Of a stretch of 64,000 nt of DNA, positions 23,871-34,600 are shown piece after piece. Each line of letters starts with the position of its first letter. The stretch's first letter is position 1. The position numbers were made by a program, and so were the translations under genes. Source of the stretch: Harriotta raleighana (lineage: Eukaryota). The notes beneath the pieces are model-generated. The model saw only the letters and a program-made list of their open reading frames with translations. It searched no databases and was not told the origin of the DNA. The stretch is taken from contig JBNZDD010013634.1 in assembly GCA_050575255.1 (NCBI GenBank), positions 1,652,189 to 1,716,188 of the forward strand, read 5' to 3'.

Positions 23871-24736
23871 AAAGATTGTGAAACTCCTTCACTCCCTCTT
23901 GCCTTCATGTGATCTGAACAATTTCTAAATACAAGCTTGGAATCACCTAACCTCTGCTCCTTAATTTATCTCAAATCAATTCGCTGGGTATTCTGGAAGG
24001 ATGAGATAAATGGGCCCAAGTTCCAATCTCACTGTAAACCAGTTTAGTTCCAACTTTAATCTTTCATCAAGGAACAGGGAAACTGACTGTCAATGGGAAA
24101 ACTTTGAATAATTCCCCTTGATTCTATTTTGGGTAGTTACTTTGAACGACTTGCATTTTCCTGCCCATTAAGTGTATAGCATGTGCAGGAAATCAGTGAG
24201 TTGGAATGAATTCCCATCGACAATAATAATGAACTCTGATGACGCACCCTTCCAGTAGGATTTTCCTGTTAAAATCACATATTGCCAAAGTTGCTATACA
24301 TACCACAGCAGGAATTTCAGCCTGCAGAATTGCACAGGCGTATTTTGGAGCTGAGGAGCATTTACTAAGAAGGTCACCCGATGCTCACAGGGTTAAATAG
24401 CACAAGACCATCCCTTCAGCAGGCTTAACAAACACTAATGCACTCAGTAGGGAAGGAGAAGCAAAAACCAAGAGCTCTTAAATATTCATCAACATTTAGT
24501 GATTGGCTTGTACCAAATTAGGCAAAATCAAATGTAACCACATTTTATTTGATATTCTATGATTTAACGGGATCATTTTATTTTATTCATATTTTAATAA
24601 AACTAGTTCTCGCATATGCTAAATCATATTCACACCATTTAAATGTCACATTGGATTTAATAGATTGTGGGTTATATTATGTGAGCATAAAACATAAGAT
24701 TTTTTAACTGTACCTTTCCACATGTGTGCATATATA

Positions 24737-24846
24737 AATAATCCTTCCATTTGATATAGCGCTTTTCACGTTTTCTAGATGTCTCAAAGCGCTTCAAAGA
24801 ATATACTGAAAAGTGAATTGACTGTATATGTGTGGGTGAAATATGC
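24737..24846 (-). mobile_element. SINE 3' fragment
   Basis: aataatccttccatttgatatagcgcttttcacg...gtgaattgactgtatatgtgtgggtgaa. Confidence 0.88.
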
Positions 24847-25303
24847 CTGAGATGGATCCAAGTTGAAGCAATAATGCTTTGTGTTGTTTGAATCCCATCT
24901 TGTTTTTACAGGTTACAAATAGTACCACAAGATTTGCAAATCTAGAAATATAAGTGAAAACTATTTCTGGTCAATCATCATTTACATTAGCTTTCTGTCC
25001 ATCCACAAAGTCAATACAAAATGTAGCCTTTATCCACTGTATTTCCAATTGAATTTCCCTTGTGTGTGTTCTCTCTTTCTATCTCAAATTGGACCATTTC
25101 TTCACTCCTTCAGAGAGATTGAGTGTCAATGAGGAAATCCACTCGATTCTCAGCTGTAGGTCATTCACTCAATATAGGCATATGGCAAACACTATTTTAC
25201 TGATCAAATCCCTCCCAAGTAATGATGACAACTAAACCTGTAAAAACAAGATAGGATTCAAATCTACACAAAGCATTATTGCTTTAACTCGGATCCATCT
25301 CAG
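24847..25303. repeat. 68/69-bp inverted repeat enclosing 320 bp
   Basis: 24847-24914 vs reverse complement of 25235-25303: 4 substitutions and 1 indel. Confidence 0.9.
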
Positions 25304-26031
25304 ATCTTTCAACTGTTATTGAACTTCAGTTCAAGGATGAATTGAAGTGGTAGGGGGAGAAAATAAGCCCAGAAAACAGATGCTACAGGTGAGGTGTGTT
25401 GGGAAAGAGGAAAGTGAGAAAATGCTGGTCACCTCCATCTTTCAGGGTCTATAACTTGACATGCAACTAGTGCACGACCAAAACTAAAAAGCTTTGACCA
25501 TGCGCTGCTCACACTTATCCAGGCAAAACTCTTGTAACATCCCTCAGGGTTGAGATAAGGAAACTGAATACAAACTGCAGAGTATTTCTTGGACTTCTAT
25601 GCTGTGTATTTCTCTGCTCACTAAGTTAAAACACACTCGAGGAGCTGCAACAACAGAGATTTCAATTGCAGACAGCAGCAACAAACTATTTAGAAGTGGA
25701 ATCTTCCAAACTGTCGAGACTCCACAGTTTAGTGTTTAATCCTATTGAATGAATTAAGGTCATGTGGCGTGAAAGCCATTAATTTAAATGTAGTTAATTA
25801 AAAGCCATCCCAGTTAAATCTTCTGTGCAGAAACAATTACACTATTTCAGATATAATTTTATATTTTTATTTTAATAAGGGGGATTTGCAATGGTAAACA
25901 AATATCCAGCAAGATTTGGATTGAACTTCTCCAAAGGTTTCAGGGTTCATTGGTGGAACAGCTATGTTAAAATCAGATCACGTATGAATGTAAAACCTAA
26001 AGTGAAGTCATTCTAAATCCCTGAATAAACA

Positions 26032-26139
26032 AAACCAAACTGAGATTTCCATGTATCCCACCCACACATGGAAATTCTAGAGATAGATTGTTGGAAATTC
26101 CCATATGTAGTGGGATACATGCAATTCTCAGTTTCGTTT
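26032..26139. repeat. Imperfect ~108-nt hairpin
   Basis: aaaccaaactgagatttccatgtatcccacccacacatggaaatt vs reverse complement aaacgaaactgagaattgcatgtatcccactacatatgggaatt. Confidence 0.85.
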
Positions 26140-26507
26140 GGATACTCTTAAACATGGTGATGGGTTTCTGCATGTGTTGGACACCCAGCTGACTAAAACT
26201 AAATAGATCAACTTTCATGTCAGGAGGACATCTCAAAGCACTTTGCGGGATATGCCAAAGTAGACTAACAGTATATATTATAGGTGGATGTAATTTTAAA
26301 AAGAAATTCTAATGAATTCTTTGCCATAAAACTCCAGGATACTGTGGGGCCTGTCATATAAGCTAGTAAATGCTTTGTTTGGTGTTTATAATTCAATTTT
26401 CCACTTGGAAAAGTTCCATAAAAAGTTAATTAATTCTGGTAGTTGTAAGCTAAGTTAAAAATTCCTAGATCAGATCAGAAGAATCTTGGAAAGGTCAACG
26501 TTGAGAA

Positions 26508-26723
26508 AACAACAGCAACAACTTGCATTTGTTTAGAGCCCCACACTAGGGTAGCGTCTTGGAGCGCTTTGGAAAGCCCATTCAATCCACGACTGCTTGT
26601 GGGACACATTTTGCCTACAAAATATACAGTCAATTTACTCTACAGTGCTTCACTGGAGTACTTTGTGATGTCTCTAATATATGAAAAGGCTCTATATCAA
26701 ATGCAAAGGTTACTATTATTATT
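26508..26723. mobile_element. Minus-strand L2-type tail (26508-26571) abutting a plus-strand SINE 3' fragment (26579-26723)
   Basis: caacaacttgcattt...ggagcgcttt then cattcaatccacgactg...ggctctatatcaaatgcaaagg. Confidence 0.75.
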
Positions 26724-26989
26724 CATCGTATTTTGAGCATTCTTCCCAACATGGAGTAGTGCAATGCTGCTCTCAATTTGTCCTGTTTTTTTTCAAACTA
26801 AAATCCTGCAAAAAAAAATTGTCATTTCCCTTTCATTTCTCTTTTATTATGCCATCATAAGGGACACGTTGCCATAGGGATTTTTTTAAATCTTCCTTTT
26901 CCTCCCTTTTCCCGTTTTTCCTTTCCATTATGCTCGATTTGCCAGCAAACCTCCGCAATTTGCTCTCCCTCCATTCTCTGTCATTCCTG

Positions 26990-27680
26990 TTTAAAACTAT
27001 CCAGCCTGAAACTCCCTGTTATCATTCGTTCATTGTCCTTCCCTCTTACTTTTAAGTGCAGCCTTAGCCTGCTCAAATCACTTCATAAATAAATGGAATT
27101 TGAAAAGGTCTTGAGCTAATGGATTACGCTGGGCCCCAAACGCTCAGCCCTGTTTACAAGGGGTCACATTTCATTTGCTGCCCATGTCAAGCTACTACCT
27201 GTCAGGCCTCGCTTAGGCCCCTGAGACAAGCCAATCAATGTCTTCTTGCTGTGGCTCCTCCGTTGAATCCATTAAAGTTATGCGGATGCATCATGCTGAA
27301 AAAAGTAGTCTCTTGGTAGCTCTGATAGAAATTAAGCACAAATTAGAGGAGAAGCACAAGTGTTTTGGCTGAGGGCCAAGACAGAATTAATAGGCCATCA
27401 AAGCCTCTTGTGTGCTAAAATCCCATTTGTTAGGAATGCTTTATGAAACATTTCCAGTGCCGGGCTGCTGCTGAGCTGGGACTCAGTGCTTCTCTTACAA
27501 ACCTCGGATCGTTAAATAAAGTTTTATTCAGTGGCGAAGGGTTAGGGAACAGTCTTTTTCAAATTTAATAACTCATAAATGCTGTATGATTTTCACACTT
27601 CCACAACCATTTGCCCCTTAAAGCACTTTAATTGTTTCTGGGAATGAAATACCGAGTCCCCACTGGCCTGACACAGTTCC
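26990..27680. promoter_or_regulatory. Candidate conserved non-coding element / enhancer
   Basis: Repeat-free; TAATGGATTA, TGTTTAC, TGTCA x2, CCAATCAAT, ATCAAAG; conservation not tested. Confidence 0.4.
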
Positions 27681-28614
27681 ACTTACAGTATCTTTAACTG
27701 GCTATCTAACAGATAGAAATGAAATAGTGTTTTAAGATTGACTTACTCTGTAGTCACCGCTAACAATATATTTTAAAAGTGCCTATTCTTAGATAAGGTG
27801 CCACACTTTTCACACAGCTGCCCTTCTTATCTGCGAACTGTGTACAAGGTCAACAAGTTCTTAGATTAAAATTACTTTCCTTCCAAGCTTCATCTCTGCT
27901 ATTTATTTCCTGACAAATTGTCCCAAAATGTTGCAGTTGCACCGAGGAGCATGCCTGTACTTAGAGACCATATCAGCATCTAAGCTGTATTTATTATTTC
28001 AACAGAGATGGATGCCGACTGTGGACTTTTTTATAACATAAAGAGCCAAAGTGTCTATTTTTATTGCCCATTGCATTTTTTTCCCAGACAAACTCAATGT
28101 TAGGATTAATAATAATAACTGAATTCGTAATTCTCCCTCCTCACCAGCCCCCCATGTCCTCTCTTTAATCACTGTTGCAGTTTCCATTTCGCTCGTCCAC
28201 AAGGCTCCAGTTTTAAATGATTCGACATAGAAATCTGCTCAACTAATGGTTTCACACTCTTAACTACCAACCTGGGGATTTGGTTTATTATTAGTGAGGC
28301 CTGCAAGGGCTGGCTGGTGTGATGCTCGGGCCCCATTGGTGTTGTCTATCACTGGGTCTCCAATAGCTTTGAAAAGCTTTTTCACTGAATAAAGAATTCA
28401 CTTGCAAACTTACCTCAATGTTGGTAACACATATTGTTAGTGTCTGGTGCTTCTGCTATGACTGATTTCTTTTAAGGGGGCAATGCTTTTATGAAGACCT
28501 ATCAGTAACCTTTTTGTGCATAGGTGTATGTGGAAGAGATTATTCGAGCTTGTGATTATTATTATTAAATTTGCACTGTGTTGACAAGTGACATACTGGT
28601 GCACTTCAATGTGA

Positions 28615-28687
28615 TGTCCCAGCGCATTGGGATGAACTCCTGACATGAAAGGTGCTATACAAATGTAATTTTGTTGTTGTTGTTGTA
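28615..28687 (+). mobile_element. L2 tail
   Basis: agcgcattgggatgaactcctgacatgaaaggtgctatacaaatgtaattttg(ttg)n. Confidence 0.75.
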
Positions 28688-28764
28688 CATTGTGCGTTTG
28701 TCTACCGGCAAATAAACGTTTACCAAATGTTTTCTTTCAAATGAAAGGCACTGATTTAATCATG

Positions 28765-29045
28765 TGTTCGCTGGACTATTCCATGCCTCTTCTGCTGGAT
28801 TTACCAGGCTGCAGAACATTCAGAACTCTGCAGCTCATGCCTTCTCATGCAGACTCAAACTCATTGTACTCATGTCCAAAACCCTCCATTGACCCTCTCT
28901 CTGTTCAGTGATCACCAGCCTGTTGCATAACCTGATCCACCCCATTCTTTGAACCATTGTGTCCTCTTCCTCCGCCCCAAATCATGCCCCCGATTGACTC
29001 TCTGAAGCATACTGTTACATGAATTGCGCTACACAAATGTACAAT
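28765..29045 (+). mobile_element. Decayed L2 ORF2 fragment
   Basis: ctggactattcc (LDYS) then, frameshifted, LQNIQNSAA, matching L2 RLDYxN...LQxxQNxAAR. Confidence 0.6.
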
Positions 29046-29137
29046 TATTACTGATGTGTACTCCCTTTTTTCAAATAAAAGCTATATGTAGAAGCATTAA
29101 TGGTTAGCAAAGACGTGCCCTGAATGGGTTCACGTAC

Positions 29138-29240
29138 CTTGCAGTGCTCAGGCTCGGTTGTGAGACAGGCGGTGTGCCTCTGGCCACTTCACAATGGGTT
29201 AAAAGCAACAGACTTTGGCAGCACAGAGGAACACACAGAA
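29138..29240 (-). other. Candidate 103-nt spliced exon
   Basis: Acceptor ttttcctttttgttgctggtgtctctgcAG, donor AAG|GTACGT; open only in phase 1 (LCVPLCCQSLLLLTHCEVARGTPPVSQPSLSTA); no homology recognised. Confidence 0.3.
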
Positions 29241-29857
29241 CTGCAGAGACACCAGCAACAAAAAGGAAAACCCCGAGACAAACAATCGTCCCTCTCTTGT
29301 TTCAAACGATCTTTATGCCAGAATGGAGAGGAGCTTAAAGCACCATTAGCTTACTGAGCGAGACAGTCCCACTGCGTGGCTGTGACTCTACAGGAATGGA
29401 AGCTAACGGCCTTTCTCTGGGCCAATTTTGTTCGATCACCCATCCACTCTTTATGAAAATTCTTAGGATTCATTTTAGATTGAAGCCAGTAAAAATGTTT
29501 TTTTTTATATGTTTGTAATGATATTCCTTTCCTCATTGCTGCTCTTGCAGTCTACACCCACATGGGAGGTCTGGCAGGCGAATCTGCTCCCAAGCCTCCA
29601 TCAAGAGTTAATCTGACCTGACCACTAAGTGGTACTGACCAACAATATTCTCTCACTGTCCTCATTGGCGAGGCATCCTACTACCTCCATAGGCCCGAAA
29701 TGTAACCCATTCTTTGCCTGTAGGGAGGATTTTATCATCGAAAAGTTTAAAGTAACCCAAAATTATGGGAGACTCCTCAATTCAGTTTTAATTACAAAGT
29801 CTTTGTAAAGAACGTTTTAAAAAAAATGACACTCCCACATTGGGACTGAACTTTTAA

Positions 29858-29989
29858 GTAGTCCTGCATCTCAGTGGTTAAAGCACTTGCCTCACAAGCA
29901 AGAGACCTGGGTTCAATCTCCCGAAGCACTTTGAGGGGTCTAGAAGATGGGAAAAGTTCTATATCAGAAGCAAGGATTATTATTATTAT
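29858..29989 (+). mobile_element. Internally deleted mini-SINE (tRNA head fused to tail)
   Basis: ctcagtggttaaagcacttgcc...gggttcaatc directly followed by gaagcactttgagg...ctatatcagaagcaagg(ATT)n. Confidence 0.8.
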
Positions 29990-30072
29990 CTCCCACTAAT
30001 CTTGTGATCTTAACATTTTAAGAAAATATAAAAGTATTCCTTACATTGGTTACAGTGAATTTCACATTGGGT

Positions 30073-30341
30073 AGATGTTTCAAAGTGCTTCACAGGATGT
30101 GCTATGAAGTGTAGTGACTATATGCTTTGTAGGTGAGCCAATTTTTGCACAGCAATTTCCAGCAAACAATTAGGAAGTGAATGACCAATGTTATCTGAGG
30201 GATTGTTGGCCTGGACACAGGGAGAAACTCCCTTCTGTTTTTTGAATAATACCATGGGATCTTTAAAGGCAGGATGGCACCTCGAACAGTGCACTGCTCC
30301 CCCAACACTGCACTGAAGTGTCAGCCTAGACTATGACTCAA
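30073..30341 (-). mobile_element. Deu-domain SINE
   Basis: ggacacagggagaaactccc...ccatgggatcttt...gatggcacctc...actgcactgaagtgtcagcctaga. Confidence 0.8.
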
Positions 30342-30527
30342 TATGCTGAGTTACAGTGTCCTCTTCTAAATTAAGAGCGACAAATAATAAATCATGCCTG
30401 CAAATTATAACGAGTTGCTTTGAGGTGTAGTGAACATGATCACACATGGAAACTCAGTGGTTAATGTGAGCAAGCAATTTGCTGCCAATAGCAAAGGTAA
30501 ATTGAATTCCTGCCAAAGCCACCTGCT

Positions 30528-30584
30528 GGGGTTGGGGAGGTGGGGGGTGGGTGGGTGGGGGTGGGCGGTCGGGGGTGGGGGAGG
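30528..30584 (+). repeat. G-run tract, G-quadruplex capable
   Basis: Nine runs of three or more G separated by short spacers. Confidence 0.7.
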
Positions 30585-30786
30585 TTATTCGGGAGACTGG
30601 CTCATTGATGGGGATTGGGGGGCGAGTGAGTGGAATTTGCCGCAAGATGACAAGCAGGATTCACACTCCATTCAAGCTTCATAGTGAAAAGCATGTTGTA
30701 GAGAGAACGTCACAGCAGCAATACAGCTCAGGGCAAAGGAGTGTACCACACTGAAATAGGAAGGTTTAGGGGATTTTTTTAAAAAT

Positions 30787-30849
30787 AGTGCTCTGAGACG
30801 GCCCATGTGAAGGGCGCTTTCTAAATACAAGTTGTTGTTGTAGTTGTTG
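30787..30849 (+). mobile_element. Short L2-type tail
   Basis: agtgctctgagacggcccatgtgaagggcgctttctaaatacaagttgttgttg. Confidence 0.6.
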
Positions 30850-31827
30850 CTGAAATGGGTTTGGAACTGTGGAGAATGGGGGTAAAAGGAGAGAGACTGA
30901 GTCTCCTGAAATGGGTGTGTTTTCAGGCAGTCAGATAGACAGTCAGCACACACTGCCAGCATGGCGTACAGTGGCGTTAACCCTCCTGTGGTTCCTTTAT
31001 GTAAATTGTGAACCGATGGGCAGCGACCAGCACCTGCTCCTGATTTCCCTCTGTGAGTTGAGAGACAGTGTGTTAGTGCCAACCAGTCACCCACTTGTGA
31101 CTCCGAGGACTGAGCAGTCACATTGCATGGTTTTAAACCTGTTCATCCAATAGTCAGCAGTGCGAGAATTCACTTTCCTGAAAACTGGAGGAATTTATTA
31201 TCTGTTGATCACCAAATAAAAGTCCAGCACAATCCCATGGCCACAGACACGATGCCTGTGTTCACCTCCACTAAGAGCACAAAGTGGGAGCTTAGGTTCA
31301 GAGCTTCCCATTTCTCCAGCAATGAAGTGAGATATATTCAGTTAAACGTCTTTTAGCTCGTCACTCCGAGGCGGAAGGGCTCAGCGATGAGTGGTGAGTT
31401 AGGCACCTGTATCAATGCATAAATAAATGCGGACAGGATATTGACAGCACGATGACTTAAATGGTAGTGACAGTTTAAGCCAAGGTCGGGTTATCAGGAG
31501 TCTACTGTATTTACTATCAGTCAGCGGGAAGCAATCCAACTAGAGATTGATTCCTTTCAGTCCTTTGCTGTACAAAACAAACACTTCTGTAGCATCTTCT
31601 ATGTACAATAACACCTCAAAGCTTTATAGGGCAAGGATGAAGCATGAGTTTCAACAAGATCTCTGCTGCTTAGCATAGATTAATGCAGTGCTTTAAGACA
31701 CCAATGCTCATTTATGGAGAACTTCAATCTTGTTTCGAGAACGTACAGTATTGCATTGTAGTTCCCTGAAGTCAGTGTAGGCTATTCTGACCCACCCCTG
31801 CTTTATACATGGTGCACCGACCGGATC

Positions 31828-32281
31828 TGAGTTATAGGGAAGAGTATATTTGGTAATTAACCCTCATCCGCATATGCGAATGAGGCCTAATTAGCATAAA
31901 TCATTAATATCTTATCCCTAATAGCATAATGATTATACTCTCCAAGTTTTTAAGATAGGAATTACTTTTCTTTTCCAGATGCAAGAGAAAATCTATTTTC
32001 TAATTAACCTAATTTGCACATAAAATTTAGGACTAGTTAGCATAATTTATTAATATTTTATTCCTTATACCAGGAAGATTATATTCCTCCAAGTTTCATG
32101 AAGATAAGGGTTACATTTTTTTTTGAGTTGTGAAGAAAAGTCTATTTTCTAATTAACCTAATTTATATATGGAAATGAGGCCTAATTAGAATAAATCATT
32201 AATATGTTATCCTGTGTTGGTGGAAGATTAGACTGTCCACGTTTTGCAAAGGTATTGAGTTATTGGGAAGAAGTGTGTATT
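31828..32281. repeat. Diverged tandem array, three units of ~148 bp
   Basis: Units begin taattaacc at 31854, 32001 and 32150 and share gcctaattagcataaatcattaatat, ccaagttt and aaaatctattttc; a partial fourth copy lies at ~32925-33035. Confidence 0.85.
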
Positions 32282-32441
32282 TAGGTTTTTGAAGTCAACA
32301 GTTAGTCACTCATTGTGACAGACTCCAAAACTTTATTGAATGCAGACCTGGAGAGATGATGAAAAGATAGCGCTTACCTGATCCATAGAGTGCCATCATA
32401 TAAAGCATGCCCCAATATTCCACAGACTATTAAGTTGAGGG

Positions 32442-32780
32442 GAAATTCCACTTGAATGTAGCTTTACTCTGTTAACATTGTAATTTGTATAGTCCAGAAT
32501 TTGACAAATTGCTGAATTCAGTTTGAACTCCTAAAATCCGTTTTCTGAAATGCTTTTTCTATTTTAAAAAAACTCGCAGCAAACTAGCTTCCAAATGAAA
32601 TCTGTATTTGGCAAATTCTGGACAGTCTGAAATCTTATGTTGATTATAGGATTGTGTTCAATACTTCACTTTACTTTACTGTAAATGCTGTGAAGCACTT
32701 TGAGACGTTGACCTGGCATGAAAGGCATGGTATCACTTGTAAAGGTTATTAGTGTCAAATCTAAACCCAGGTGGAACTTC
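32442..32780. mobile_element. Decayed palindromic MITE-like element containing a SINE tail
   Basis: Inner IR 32492-32509/32606-32623 (17/18), outer IR 32442-32465/32757-32780 (18/24); SINE tail at 32665-32751. Confidence 0.6.
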
Positions 32781-33703
32781 TACCTTACAGTGCAGTAACT
32801 GGTCACTCCTTGCACATTGATCATTGATCTTTCTGCCCACTTCCCCAGACCACCTGTACTCCTTTGCTCTATGTATTGCGCAAATCTATCTGTCATCAAG
32901 GCACTTTCATTATTAGTATAATATTCACGCCTCCAAATTTGACAAATCTAGGATTTATTTTTTAAGTATTGGGCAAAAATCTATTTTTTAATTAACTCAA
33001 TTTTCTTATGCAAATCACAGCTGATTATTATGCAGAGAATAACAGATCCCCAGGAGTAATTACAAAGCAGTAATCTGATCGACGGATCCAGATAATGTCA
33101 TTAACCATAAGAGCAAATCTCCAATAATAAATAGCCATCATCTGGACACCAAGATTAAAAATTACTGCTTTGAAATCTATCTTTCTATTTTAACTGTGGA
33201 AATCTTGGGGGTAATTACCTCTGTTAAATATGCCCTTCCCTCTAAGCCACCTCCAAAGCCAGACTTGTGCTATACTTACCTAAACTGTGTTAAGTTTTAT
33301 ACAAGAACTCATTTACAGAGACCGAACGTAATCCACTCTGCACTCGATCATTTACCAGCTGGTTAGCAAATACACATGTCAGTCTACTGTCACTCAGCAA
33401 CAACAACTTGCATTTGCATAGCCCGATCACACAGGGCAGGGCAGAGTAACAGTCAAATTGTGATCCCACTCAAGGTGAGATCCTTCGGAGCAGGATTCAA
33501 GTCTGGACATTCCTGATCAGTGTGTGCATACATCTGTATTGGACAATAGCTGAACTGATTGAGGCATGTGTAGGTGGCATACATATGTGGAACTCTCAGT
33601 CTTTTATGAATATTAATAAGATGGACATTAAATAAGAGGCCACATATGTCAGTCATCCGGATAACCAAAGAATATTTGTTTAATTCAATTTCTGGGCCTT
33701 TGA

Positions 33704-33815
33704 TTAATGTCTCATCTGAACGATGGCATCTCCAACAATGGAACCTGCCCTGTCTTCACTATGTGATTCCAAGTCCCAACATGGGGCTGGAACCCACAAA
33801 CTTCTGACTCAAAAG
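33704..33815 (-). mobile_element. Deu-SINE 5' fragment
   Basis: ttaatgtctcatctgaacgatggcatctccaacaatg...ggggctggaacccacaaacttctgactc. Confidence 0.65.
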
Positions 33816-34399
33816 TAAAAATTTGATCATTTCGCCAGATACACAATAAAAGTTAATAAACCTTTAAGAGGAACAGAGCAAAAAAGACACAAAAAACAAA
33901 ACAATGTTTATTGAACATTCCGAAGGATTAAACATTAAATGAGCGTTTTGTATTAACTAATACCATTTACTTTCCGTTGATTAAGATCTTCAGATGTCTG
34001 AACATTGCAATTAGTTTTTTTTCAGAGGAATTAAAGTTAATCTCTAACTTAAATTACTAACAGCAAACAGCAGTACTATGAATCACAGAATCCATTATTA
34101 AAATTCTGATGTTTAAAGATTCAAAATTGTGTAATTTTATCCCCAAATATGTTATTTACACCATTTCCCATTTGTTCTTAACAGATCAATGATGCCAGTT
34201 TCAACATTAGTGTAGCCCAGGGAGGTTGTCCTGCACTTTGACAGGAACTAAAGCTTTTGAGTGGCCTAGAGTCTGATTACGGAGCTGCCTAATCCTGCAA
34301 ACGTTTTAATCAACAATCAAAAGAACAAATAGTCATATTTTCAAGGAAAGGACAACTAAAGCAAACGGGAAGTACAGGTGAATTTGCTTTATAAATTTG

Positions 34400-34600
34400 T
34401 CTGGGACCTATTAACACCATACCAACCTGTCCGCTCCCTTTGGTTGACGTGTACTGGCCTGTTTCATGTCCCTCGCCCTGCTCGCCTCATCATTGACTGT
34501 CGGAACCTTCAGCTTTTCTGCTCCCACTTTTTAGAACTCACCCTCTCCCTTGCCTCCTTCCACCCATCTCAAGATCTTCCTCTTTGATTTTGCTTTCCAA
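34400..34600 (+). mobile_element. L2 ORF2 C-terminal remnant
   Basis: DLLTPYQPVRSL...GLFHVP...FSAP, matching L2 LLxPYxPxRSLRS...LLxVP...AFSxxAP. Confidence 0.7.

Noticed and set aside
24010-24325. Degenerate palindromic MITE centred near 24175
   Set aside because: Only an 8-bp perfect stem (tttcctgc/gcaggaaa) with weak outer similarity; too decayed to support.
26110-26131. miR-146-like start (TGAGAA) on the minus arm of the hairpin
   Set aside because: The seed and the remainder differ from miR-146 (TGAGAACTGAATTCC).
31828-32281. CRISPR-like array
   Set aside because: Eukaryotic context; the units are homologous along their whole length with no unique spacers and no cas genes.
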